This document shows, in pieces, positions 13,675-27,463 of a DNA stretch of 64,000 nucleotides. This stretch comes from the human T2T-CHM13v2.0 reference genome, Homo sapiens. The notes under the pieces were generated by a model. The model did not search any database and had not been told where the DNA came from. It worked only from the letters and a program-made list of their open reading frames with translations. A program made the translations under genes and the position numbers. The DNA lies in assembly GCF_009914755.1 (NCBI RefSeq), contig NC_060930.1; one strand, written 5' to 3'. Every line of letters starts with the position of its first letter. Positions within the stretch are counted from its first letter, which is position 1.

Positions 13675-14579
13675 ATTTTCACCTCTTTAAAGAAATATAT
13701 TGTTATCGCTCCCTGAAAGTGGATTAGTTAAGTACTGTTTACCCTGCCTATGAAGAAAACTTACTTGCACATGTTATGTTCGGACATTAGTCAATGAAGA
13801 TTAGTCAATGAGAACTAGTCGATGAACATGGTCAATCTTGCTTAAAGACTCAAAATATGCTGGAGTATGGTGTTAATTGTGGTAGTTTATGGCATTTTTC
13901 TGAAGAGAAAAAACACTCCAGCAAGGTAGGTAGGATAGTATATTCTCTGTCTTCTTCCTCCTGCCCACCCCTCTGTCTACATTAGAAACAGGTTTTGGAG
14001 GAGTAGTGGGAACATTGGGTGATTTCTAGTGGGGTTAGAGAAAGCAGTACCTGGTTCTTTGGCCACATCTACCAAAGCAAAGACCTAGACTTGTAGAGGA
14101 GAGTATTGTTTGCTTGTTTGAGGATTGTATTTCCCAGGTTTGTTCATTTGCATGAGTGGCTGAATAATGTAACAGAGACTTCAGAAGTAAGGAAAATGGT
14201 TGTCACCAAAATATCTTGTTTTACCTTTATTTGGACTAAATGGAAAACACATGTTTAATAGCTAAGGCTATTGAGTGCTTATCATTTGCCAGGAACTGTT
14301 TCTGAGCCTTTCACATATAACACCTCATTTTATCCACCCTCTACCCCTAACAAATGGTGTGGTTTGAGTTGGCCTTGGTGAGGTATGAAAAGGAAACAAA
14401 GCAGTGACCTCTTCCTGCAGGCTGGTCAGATGTTTGGGATAACATTCCTTAGCATTCTTGGTGGAAGTGGTGATTTTGTTGAAAGCTGCTTCCCAGTTGC
14501 TCTGGAGTGCAGGTGGGAGGGGTGGACTTTGGCTTTTCCAAAGGATCCCAGGAATGGGAAGGACCTTAAAGATCTAGAC

Positions 14580-14800
14580 CAGGGGTATCCAATCTTTTGG
14601 CTTCCCTGGGCCACATTGTAAGAAGAAGAATTATCTTGGGCTACACGTAAAATACACTAACACTAATGATAGCTAATGATCTTAAAAAATTGCCAAAAAA
14701 ATCTCATAATGTTTAAGAAAGTGTATGAATTTTTGTTGGGCTGCATTTAAAGCCATCCTGGACTGCATGTGGCCCATGGGCCATGAATTGGACAAGCTTT
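14580..14800 (+). mobile_element. MER30 hAT-Charlie MITE, full length
   Basis: CAGGGGTATCCAATCTTTTGGCTTCCCTGGGCCACATTG...TTGGACAAGCTT; perfect 8-bp TSD ATCTAGAC (14572-14579 / 14801-14808). Confidence 0.93.
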
Positions 14801-15447
14801 ATCTAGACTGTTCTGAACTACTCATCTGCCTCCCCCAGCCCCCACCCCCACCCCACACATCCAGAATTCTCCACCCATTGGTTGTCTGGCCTCTGCCTGA
14901 ATAGCTGAGTACCTGTCTTTTCCAAAACTACCCCTTGAGGGGAGACTTACAGCACCCTGTAGCATAGTATATGATATTTGGCTAGTAAAATGTGATCCTT
15001 TAATATTTTTCAATCTTTATTGAGCACCCACCCACGGGGTTGGAGGAATTTAGGGGGTTCTGTGGCAAAACAAGAATAGAGTCTTTGCATTTGACTTCTC
15101 AGACTTGTAGGGACATACAGGTAAGCTGGATGTTCTGGTGAGCGCTGCTAGAGGCCACACAAGATGCTTCCAAAGCCTAGAGGAGGGTCTGATCCAGCCT
15201 TGAGGAGACAAGGTGGCATCTGAATTAATGAGTGCATTAATGGTGAATGCATACTGTTATTATAAAGCTCAGGGATGTTACAGCCTCTGATACTTTACAC
15301 AAATAGAAAGGTTAAGGTAATTTTCTGTATAAAATAACAAAAATACCATCTAAAAATGATAACGCAGGAAATTTGAATATTCAGTACTGTTTTAAACCTT
15401 TCATTCTTTTAATTAATTTTATTTATTTCGCTTATTTATTAATTTAA

Positions 15448-15742
<295 letters not shown>

Positions 15743-15876
15743 CTATTTATTTGTTTTTTAAAGAGACCAGGTCACGCTGTGTTGCCTAGGCTGCGTTAGA
15801 ACTCCTGGGCTCAAGAGATGCTCCTGCCTCAGCCTCCAAAGTAGCCGCGATATAGCACGTACCACCATGCCTGGCT
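15743..15876 (-). mobile_element. FLAM/FRAM-type Alu monomer
   Basis: Monomer-length diverged antisense Alu. Confidence 0.8.
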
Positions 15877-15895
15877 CTCTTTCAGTTAACTTTAA

Positions 15896-16207
<312 letters not shown>

Positions 16208-16969
16208 TTCACTGCTTTTATGCAAAGGAATAAATAGAGTGATTATTAAAGTGCTCTGGATCACACACATACAAACACACATATGCACATACATACACAC
16301 ACACAAAAATACACAAACTTTAGGTAACATAAATGTGTGTGGCTGTCAGTGAATGCTGCATTTTTCTGAGCTTGTAACCTTCCCTTTACTAACTGTCTCC
16401 ACATTATGACCACCTGAAAAATGCTACACTGCAGTGGTACATTCTTCAGCCCAACTAGGATTGGATCAGAGGAGTTACTGGGTTGATAGTCTTGGACTGA
16501 AGCTCTCTAAAGAGCAGAATTTCTGTGATGTGCAGGTAGCTTACTGTTACCCTGTAAGCTCCATTTTTTATATTTCTTTGCCCCTCCTTCTCAATATTCA
16601 CACAGTTTTCACAGGACTGATTCAAGTGTGAAGCCAGGATCTCATCTTTTAACAGAGTGGCATTCCGCACAGTCTGAGGCATGATCTCTTTGTGTCTAGG
16701 TTGCTCCATTTAGCTTCAAAGGCAGCATGATGATTTATGGTCCATTTGTATTAGGGAAGACTCAGAGGAGGGCTAGAATTGTGATGGTTGGATTAATTCA
16801 TTTTTTCCAGGCGCACCCTTTCCTCCCTATTCTTGGTTGTTTTGCAGATATCCCAAGTAATTCCAGATTCATTTGGAAGGTTTCTCTCTCAGTAGCCTGC
16901 TCTCTAGGTAGTTCTCAAATTCTAATAGACGCACAGACACAAAAATCTGCTTGGTAGGTGGGGTTTTTA

Positions 16970-17458
<489 letters not shown>

Positions 17459-18359
17459 CTATGGTTCCTGGTTACTTTATCCAGTAAAGTAACATGACAG
17501 CTTATTTTATGGATAGTCACTAGATTGTAAACCTTTGGAAGTTGGGACTGTTCCATTCATCATCTTCACATTCCCCACTGTGCAAAGCACAGTTTGCTCA
17601 TTTGTTTTGTTTCATTTTTTTCCCTTTCAACTATAGTTTTCACATGTAAACCATCAAATTATAAGAGATTAAAGATAATTTAGGATTTAGGGTGTTTTGA
17701 TTTTCTAGCTCATAAAATAAGGATGGAAGAGCAGTGATCAGTTGTGGTAATTGACTGTTATGGCAGAAGGCAAAAAGGCACAGAGAAAAGAGATAGAGGA
17801 CAAGCCTGTTCTGGTTGGCATCCCAAGTCTAGATCCTCCATCTGGGAGCCCATGGCTCAGATAATACTCCAGGTAATCATGAATTGTGGGAGTTAACCCT
17901 GTTTAATGCCCCACAAAGGAACAGACCTGTAGGAACACCTTCTCCTGTCTGCTGCTGCCACAGAGGGTAGCAAATCCCATGCTAGGCGTGGAGAGGAGAC
18001 TTGGGCATGTCCCTGGAGGGACACTGCTGCAGTCACTTCACTTACAGAGCTGGGGAGGCCCTGAATGGTGTCAGAGTTCACAGTGCAAAGCAGTAATTAT
18101 GTTGAAGAATGTGACATCTCAAGATTCAACAAGTTTTTTTTTTTTTTTGCCTTAAACATGAATGCCTATTCATAGAGGGATTATAGGAGCAAAGCTCTCT
18201 TAGATATTAAACACCCTGATCAGAAGAAAAAGAGAAGCAAATTCCTGATGTCAGGAAATAGCAGCAAATTTTTACAGAATGCTTAAGCCTGGCACAGCAA
18301 TCCTAAGAATGTTGTTCAGTTTCATGGCTTTTCCTCTCATATTGGGCTGAATGTAACTT

Positions 18360-18780
18360 GTCCTTCATTTATGTAACAAAATATTTGAGTGCTTACTGTG
18401 AGCTAAGCACTTTCTCAGTGTTGGGAGTAAAGCAACAAGCAAAGCAAATCCCTAAGCTTTGGGGAGATGGAAAATAAATATCTGATAAAGTATATGGTAG
18501 TCATAAGAGCTGGGAGGATAGGAGATGGAGTAGGGTGATGGGTGCTGTTGGAGATAATATGTCAGGGAAGGGGGGGTGTTTAGTAGAGGGCTGAAGTGAG
18601 GGAGAAGGTGTTCCAGGTGAGGGCACAGGTGTGAATGTAGACCCTAATGTGGAAGTGTGCTTGGGTGGGTCAAGGAAGTGAACCCTAAGAGGACCACTGG
18701 GCAGAAGTGGAAGAGCTAGGATAGGGAGGTGGGGCTGAGGGTGACCAGGGGCCAAGCCATGCAGAGCCTCTTAGGTCCTG
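18360..18780 (-). mobile_element. L2 fragment
   Basis: TTCATTTATGTAACAAAATATTTGAGTGCTTACTGTG (antisense L2 3' end) and purine-rich body. Confidence 0.65.
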
Positions 18781-19661
18781 AGCTTTCTCAGTGGTCTCCC
18801 CTTCATCTGCTTTGGAGCTTGCTTTCCTATGTGGCAACATTAGTTCTAGTGTGATGAATATTAGTGGGAAAATAGAAAGTTCTATATAAAACTTACTTCT
18901 GGAAACTAAAGGATTCTTGCTTAGACCTCAGATGTTGATGGGTGGTAGATTAAAGGCCGTTTTCTCATTTGTTGAGCTGTGCCCTGAGATGAGTTTTCTA
19001 TATTCGTGTGGTAGAGAATTCATTGAAACTTGAATACGTGCCATTATGTGAGGCAGAAGTGTATATTCTATGAAAGGGTGTTGACATATTGTCACATACC
19101 ATGAGCTGCTTAATCTGGGAATATTTGTAAAAGTGTCATCTGGTGTGAAGGCTGATATTTAACTAACTTTAAAAAATACTGGAAAAGACAATTTGCTTGC
19201 AGATTTTAGGGTTTTGCTGTGGGTCTGTTTTTGTGGAAATGATTTGTGTTCAGTAGCATTTTTTCCCCTACAGTTTTCATATGGTACTGTTTTGACTTGT
19301 TTGGAAGATAATTTGCTTGGCTTAAAGGGAATTATTCGAACAATCTTAGAAGTTTAAAAAATTATGTTAGCTAGAAATCAGAAGTTTTTGCCTTTACTGA
19401 AAAGTTCATTATTTATTCATTAATTTATCCATCCATTTATACAACAAAAAGTGATTCAGCATGTAGCGTGTAGCAGACAGTGTGCTGAAGATACAGCAGA
19501 TGTAACAGATATGGCTTGATTAGTCTTGCTAGGCAGCAAGAGACAAACATATGCATACACTTCCACACTAATTATGGTAAGGGCTAAAACTTATTGAAAA
19601 CAGTATAGTGATAGGGAATTTGGAGTGGGGTGGGGAGCTGTGTAGGATAGTCAGATGAGAC

Positions 19662-19950
<289 letters not shown>

Positions 19951-20298
19951 TAGATGAGACATTTTTGAGAAAATAACATTTAAGATGAGGCCTGAAGGAA
20001 AATAGTGCCAGCCATTTGAAGAGTGAGGGAAAGGGGTTTCCAGGCAGATTCAATATATTGTGCAAAGGCCCTGAGGAAGTGTGTGGTTTTAGTGGAGAGC
20101 TAAAGAACCATGAGGCAAGAGCATCGGGATATCCAAGAAGTCATGCTGGATTACATATACTGGTCAGTAAGGAGCTTGGATTTGATTTTACTGGGGAAAT
20201 AACATAATCTGATATGTTTAAAATGATTACTGAGGCTTCTAAGTAGAGCATTACACTGTTAACAGTAGTGGGAGTGAGAGGTCAGGCTTGGTCTAGGG

Positions 20299-20481
20299 CA
20301 GTGCTTCTCAATGTGTGGTCTCAGGATCAGCCCTATCAGAATGACCTGGAAACCTGTAAGAAATGCAAACTTCAAGTCTTATTATGGACTTGCTGATTCA
20401 GAACCTGGAGGTGGGACTCAGCAATCTGCTTTAACAAGTCCTTTGGATGATCTGATATACAGAAAAGTTTGAGAACCACTG
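20299..20481 (+). mobile_element. MER5A, full length
   Basis: CAGTGCTTCTCAATGTGTGGTC...AAAGTTTGAGAACCACTG; perfect 8-bp TSD GTCTAGGG. Confidence 0.92.
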
Positions 20482-20598
20482 GTCTAGGGATTGCTGGAGG
20501 AGATGGTAAGCAGTAGATGGATTCTGGTGTATGTTTTGAAGGTAGGGATGATAGGACTTTTGTATATGGGAGCTGAGGAAAAAGGAGAAATCAGAAAT

Positions 20599-20685
20599 AT
20601 TATTATTATTATTAATGTTTCAAGACGGAATCCCACTGTCACCCAGGCTGGAGTGCAGTGGCATGATCTTGGCTCACTGCAACCT
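20599..20685 (-). mobile_element. Short 5'-truncated Alu 3' fragment
   Basis: (ATT)n tail plus GACGGAATCCCACTGTCACCCAGGCTGGAGTGCAGTGG...CACTGCAACCT. Confidence 0.85.
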
Positions 20686-22849
20686 GATAAGGACCTTGTT
20701 TATGGTGATGAGGGAGACTGGTGGGGGTAGCAAAAGGACATAACTTTTGAACACATTGCGTTTGGAGTGTTCATGAAATGTCCAAGTGAAGATGTTGGCT
20801 GTTGATGGCAAAATGAGCGTACAGTCCAGAGGGAAGATGTAGTTTCAAATACAGCTCAGCAGAAAGATACAGTTTCCAGAAAGGAATTTGGGACTTGCCA
20901 GTGTACAGGGAGTATTTAAAGCAATTGAAATAGGTGTGATATCACCAAAGGAGAGAGATAGCAAGGAGAGAGGGTGCAAGAGCGGGCAAAGGACCAAGCT
21001 GGAAGGAACTCTTGACATTCACAGGAGCAAGAGCCAGCAAAAGAACAGAAAGAACGGCCAGGGAGAGAAGAGAAGAAAACCAGGAAACTGGTTTCATGGG
21101 GAAATATTTCAGGAACAGAGTGATCAACTGTGCTTAATTTGTATGATGAAGCGGAGATTTGTAGCATAGAGATCACTAGGCATTCTATTTGGACTGTCAG
21201 TGAAATTGAAATAAAAAGTCAAGAATCAACTTGATTTCCATCACAGGTTTTAGATTAGAAGAAACCAGAGAAACACAGCCCCAATTTTCTATTTGCTAGT
21301 TTTCCAAACAGTAAGTTTTCATTGATTTCACTGGCTCCCCTCCGGCTACTATTTGCTGTGCACAAACAAAGTCTGAATGAGCATTTTGTAGTCCTGAAAA
21401 GGAGTAGCATATGGGCTTCAACAGCCGGTCATATTTTCTTTTATTACTATATTTAAAGCAACATTCAAGATTAAAAAAAAATTCCTGGCAACTAGCATAA
21501 CAAGCTGCAATAAAATCATTCCTGGCTATTGATATGGGCTACTTTGTGCCTCATGTCATGTTATTGAATCCAACTTCTTGGAGTTGACTGTCTTAATCTG
21601 TCACTTAGCAAATTTATATTGGTGAGGAAGAACAAAAACAGATTTATAACTTGCATATCTCTTCAAGCTTCTGTTAATATGCTCAATATTAGAATGTTCT
21701 ACTTTTAGCGTTTTGGGTCATAAGCTATAGAACATTGGGGCTTGGTGAGAGGATATGGGCATGGGGAGAGGAATGAATATTTGGCATTATTTATGTTTGA
21801 ACCATTGAGCTGGGGTCTTTAGGTTTATTATTTCATTTAATTCCCACTCTGACGTAGGTGGTATTTCCCTCATTAGTAGATAAGGAAATGAGCTAGTAAA
21901 GAAAACTATTTAAATCCAGATCTAAAATGGATCTTTATTCTGTGCCAAGCTCTTGGGGGAAGAGTATGTGTGGAGGAGGAGTTGTGGGGACTCACAGAGC
22001 AGTGGCAAGGCAAGCCAGAGATACAGCAAAGGGATATCAAGGACTAATGAGGTACTTTAAAGGAGATCGAGTCATGGTAAGGCATTTAAATTAGTTTTGT
22101 TAGCAAGTACTGCATGGAACAGAAAGACTCTGTACATGCTCAGTGTAGGGCTTGGTCCGTCAAGACTGGCTAGGAGTTTTCTAGATAGAGCCTTGAATCT
22201 TGCATTACAGTCACTACAGAGCATGAGCTCTGTGGACATTTCATGAAAAGCTTCCTTTCTACTTGGATATATTTTTTTACTTCTTGTGTGCATACTTGAT
22301 TTATTTACTGTTCCTTATAGAGCTGCAAGGCCTTGTTTCTTTTCTGTAGAAGTTATATTTCTCTGAGTTCAGATGTCACATCTTCGTTACCTTCTCTCAA
22401 GTTTTGCTATACAAGCTTAGGAACGTCATCTCTTTCTCTTCCAGAGTTATCTTCCATCATGTAGGCTTTGGAGCCACTTTCCTCAGAGCCTCCATTTGCC
22501 TCACCTCTTCTTGCCTGGGACCTTGTAAAAACAGTGATTGTGGTAATTAAATTGAGATATGAGGAATATATATAACTATTATGTAGTCATAATAATTAAA
22601 AATTTAAAAAAAATGCAATGAGAGGGGAAAAAAATCTCCTGGATTGGTGAGCTAGACAAAACTTCATGTTAATTAACATGGATGCTTTAATCCATCTATT
22701 CCTGAGTCCAGGACATCAAATCTTGGGTTCTACAATGGGTGCCAGTCTTAGGAGGGTCATATGTATTTCCAGTCACAAAAGATCTTTCTGTCATGTTGGA
22801 GAAGACAAAAGTTTATAAGAATCAGTGGGCCATTTAAAATGATAATGAG

Positions 22850-23290
22850 CAACTTAGGCGTAAAGCCAGATGTCACAGGCTGGTGGCTTGCAGCCTGCTC
22901 TACTGTGCTTTAAATACGCAGTATTTAAAAAATTGATGTTGGTTCCCAATATTTATAAATTGGGAGATATCAGCCATAAATCTAGATTCCATCCTCCCCC
23001 ACCTTTAAAAAAAAGAAAGTTGGATCTGGGAACACTAGGTCTATGTTTGTGCTTAGCAGGAATCGGAAGAGCTGGGTTGTGACCAGGCTCTTTCTTTTAG
23101 CAGTGGCAAGCTCTTTTCAGCTTTCTGCCATCCCGAAAGCACCCTAGTGTTTCTCATTGGCCGTGATGCCCATGTTGACTGCAATTTGTCATTGTCCTCA
23201 AGGCTGTCGTTTTTTCCACAGAGCCGGCTTTGCTCTTTGACAAAGCTACTTTGGCCTCCTTATACATTTGAGTTCATTGATCCTTAGCCT
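22850..23290. mobile_element. Old hAT-Charlie element (MER102/MER58 group, uncertain)
   Basis: AATTGGGAGATATCAGCCATAAATCTAGATTCC...GATCTGGGAACACTAGG and ATTTGAGTT end motif. Confidence 0.45.
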
Positions 23291-23849
23291 AAATGATCAG
23301 GACATGACACATTCAGAAGTTTGTATTATCTTGTAAAAGCACATGAGCAAAGTCTGTCTAGTAAGTGACATTGCTGGTATTCAGACCAGGATATGGCTGA
23401 GAGGAAGCACATATGTAAATTGAATGCATCAGGGATCTTTTGGAGAAGTCAAACAAGAATTCTGATTACCTCATCAGTGATACCTAAATGCAGATTTCTT
23501 CTTGCTTCAGACAAAATTTTTCAAAGATACTCAAAGTATCTCAGCTCTTGTTGTATGTGTGTTTTGAAAGATAGGGTTGAAGAAAACAATGAAAAGATAA
23601 CAGGGATATCTGTCCTCCAGAGTTGTTCAGGGGATTCAGCATATGAGAAGTTATTTGCGAAGTTTTAGTTCCCAGTCTGGGCATCAGCTCATTATCATTA
23701 GTCTCTGATATGAGTTGTTTAATGATGAACTTGTGCAAAGCACTTGATCCTATTCAGCGTCAGACATTCATTGTTAAAAGAACACATTGAGGACACTGTT
23801 GTAGGTCAGGAAATTGAAGGTAGGGAGTTGAGGGCAAGTAGAAGAGAGT

Positions 23850-24330
23850 TTCATTCTGGAGTTAGTTCAGTAAACATTGAATGCTCATGATGTGTCAGGC
23901 TTTACGCTGCTACCAGAGGCAGGAAGATAAATAAGACAGAACATGCAGACTTGAACAGTACGGTGTGGTAAGAGGTGTGCCCATGGTACTGTGCGATTAT
24001 AGACTGGCGTTGGCCCAGTGCAGGGCTAGAGGGATGCTCCATGGTGATGACTGAGTTGAGCCTTAAGGCCCGGATGAGCTGGCCAGGTAGTGATGACAAG
24101 AGGGAGAGGGATTTAAAGTGTGAAGTTCAATTTAAGGAACAGAGATGATGCAGGAAGGGCTAAGATATGGAAGGCTTTGATGAAGATTTTGGGGAGCCAG
24201 GGAAGAAGGGGAGAGATGATCAGATTTCCATTTTGATTGCAGCTTGGTAACTGGATTACAGTGTGGCAGAACTGGAGGCTGGGAGACCAGGAAGGTTTCA
24301 ACCAAGTTAGAAAATCATTTTTGGTTTAGA
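23850..24330 (-). mobile_element. L2 fragment
   Basis: TTCAGTAAACATTGAATGCTCATGATGTGTCAGGC antisense 3' end. Confidence 0.6.
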
Positions 24331-24341
24331 AGACAGTGAGG

Positions 24342-24486
24342 GGCTGGGTGTGGTGGCTCATGCCTGTAATCCTAGCACTTTCTCAGGCTGAGGCAGGAGG
24401 ATCACTTGAGCTCAGGAGTTCGAGACCAGCCTGGGCAACATAGTGAGACGCACCCCCCCGCCCATCTCTATTAAAAAAAAAAAAAA
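24342..24486 (+). mobile_element. FLAM_C Alu monomer
   Basis: Left monomer plus poly-A; TSD-like AAGACAGTGAG / AAGACAGATGAG. Confidence 0.88.
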
Positions 24487-25809
24487 GACAGATGAGGATG
24501 GGATCTGGAGTGGCACAAGCCATGATTTACCCCCTCATTAGGTGAGATACTTTTTGGAAGTGCTGACCTTTTGCCATTTTGAAGAACCAGCTTTTAGATG
24601 CTCCATTATGGACTTAGATTGAGGAAGATTGATCAATTTTATTATTTTGCTGCTTTACATTTTCAAGAGGTTTTTTTTTTTTTTTTTTTTGAGGAGGAGG
24701 GAGGAGAAGGGAACTTACTGTAATGTAATTTTGCTAAAAGTTTCCCAGAAGTGAATCATGTTTATCAAGATAAATTGTAGAAAGAAGAAATTTGTTTGCT
24801 TATAATATTGTTTCTATGGGAAATCATTCTTCAACAACAAGCAGCAAACTTCCTGGGAGGAGGCACTCAGTATATTCTTCTGCCCCTGAGGAAGTTGAGG
24901 ATTGAAGTATCTCCCTTGCTTGTACTCTGGGACTAGTTGACTCTAAGCCTCCTTCCAGCCTCCTGCTGTCAAAACAACTTTTCTTCTGTTTATTTTCATA
25001 TAGGAGCTGCACAACTCAAATGTTATGTGTTATGCCAGGACCTCAGTAGCAGGTGGGGGTGAAAAGCCCTGCACAGTATTTACTGGGAAAGGATTGCCTG
25101 TTCCTGAGGCACTGCCTCCATGATAGACGCTCCACTGATGCTGCAGCCCATGATAGGCTAAAGAGATTTTGTGGGTACTAAGTTCTATTAAAATTTAGTT
25201 CAGGCTGTCATCGCTGTTCTCCAGGAAACCTCAGTACCCTTTTAATTAGCCCCACCCAGGCTGTGACCTCACCCTGATCCATTGTCTGTACAGCTGCCAG
25301 AGTGATTTTCTGAACTGCACATCCAAGTGTATCATTCTCCTACTTAAAATCCTTCAGCAGTTCCCCAGAGCTAATCCATGGGAGTGGGAAGGCAAGAATC
25401 TGAGTCTCTTGCAGGACCCGTGAGGCATCCGTCCCCCAAGGGAGCCGAAGTTCAGTCCTTCCTATTAGATCTCTAGAAAGCTACGTGACTGGACCCCATT
25501 ATTCTACACTCCCTGAAGCCCACTTACTTTAATTTTTGATGCTTGTCTTTGGCTTTTACAAATTGATATGAGAAGCCAACTGTGAAGTTCAGGTCCATGT
25601 TGTTTGTTAAAGGAATCATAAGTCTGTTTTGCAATTCAATGCTTTCTTTAAGGACCTATGAATACTTGTTAAATGAATAGTTCATATTCTAAATTGCTTT
25701 TAGCATTTAGTGCCAGGAAAAAAGAACTTTTCTCATTTAAAAATCTTGTGTGCTTCGTTTAAAGAATCAATTAAAATAATAGGGTGTTTGGTTTTTTAAA
25801 AACATAAAT

Positions 25810-25921
25810 TTTGTTTTTTTAGAGATGGGGAGGTGGTCTCACTCTGTTGCCCAGGCTGGCCTTGAACTCCTGGACTCCAAGTGATCCTCTCGCCTCAGCC
25901 TCCTGAATCACTAGGACTATT
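25810..25921 (-). mobile_element. FLAM-type Alu monomer
   Basis: GTCTCACTCTGTTGCCCAGGCTGGCCTTGAACTCCTGG... Confidence 0.8.
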
Positions 25922-26049
25922 GTGTATTTGCCTTTTGACTTTTGTTGCCAGGAGCCTCAAATCTAAAGATAGGTCATAATAGTCATAAAAGTAGTGATGA
26001 ACTGGAAATCTGCTGTTTTTGTCTTTCCAGCCTAGGAGCCTTTTCCCCA

Positions 26050-26490
26050 TTTACTCGTTTGTTTACAAATATTTTTTGAGTGGTTGTCATGTGCTGGGCA
26101 CTGAGAAAGCTGTAGTGAATAAGATGGGTAGGCAAAAATGGAAGTGGTTCGATTGTGCTCATCCAGGTATGAGATAATAGTGGCTTGGGTGAGTGTTTGC
26201 AGTGAAGGTGTAGAGAAGTGGGTGAGTTCTGAATGTATTTTTAAGGTAGAAGCAAGTGAATTTGCTGATGATCAAAAGTGGGGAATGAGGGAAAAAGAAG
26301 AATCCAGGACGATTCCCAGGTTTTGATTAGGTATGTGATACTGACTTTTGCTGAAACTGAGGGACATGTTGAGGAAGAAGGGAAGGACAGCTGAAAACAT
26401 TTGGGAAATGTTAATTTGTAATACTTGTTACATATCCAAATGGAGATGTCATTTAGTTTTCCAGAGCTCAGGGTAGAGATTCTGTCTCCA
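26050..26490 (-). mobile_element. L2 fragments
   Basis: TGAATGTATTTTTAAGGTAGAAGCAAGTGAATTTGCTGATG and related motifs. Confidence 0.65.
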
Positions 26491-26520
26491 TTCCATAGCA
26501 CCACCCACCATGCAAACATG

Positions 26521-26570
<50 letters not shown>

Positions 26571-26583
26571 CACACACACACAC
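26521..26583. repeat. (CA)n microsatellite, ~30 units
   Basis: Visible directly, with a couple of interruptions. Confidence 0.97.
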
Positions 26584-27004
26584 TTCTTTTAGGGAACTTC
26601 TCATGTCCACAGCAACCATGTGATTCTACTATGGTTTCAGCTTCTTCAGCCACAAAAGACCTGATACTTCCGTGCCTGCTGGCCTTTGTGCTGTAGTCTC
26701 CTGGCCACAGTGATTAGTCCAGGGGGTGGACATATGACCCAAGAGTCCTTCATTGGGGTCTAGGGAAATACCGCCTTGAAGAGAGAGGCTCTCTTTTTCT
26801 GCTGGAGAGACTAAATGGTTTACACTCAGATGTGATTCCTGCTACGTGGAGGAAGTCCATCTGAATAGTACAGATTGATGACCTTGCCCAGAAAAGCAGA
26901 GATTCTACAGAAATGTGGAAAGTCCCCTCCCTGCTGTTTACTACACTGTATCCCTTGGAATGCCAGCGCTTAAAGGTGTTAAGTGAGTAAAACTTCTTTG
27001 GTCA

Positions 27005-27463
<459 letters not shown>

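Noticed and set aside
13786-13830. Three ~15-bp repeats TAGTC(A/G)ATGA resembling a mini array
   Set aside because: Simple slippage duplication with no spacers; not CRISPR-like.
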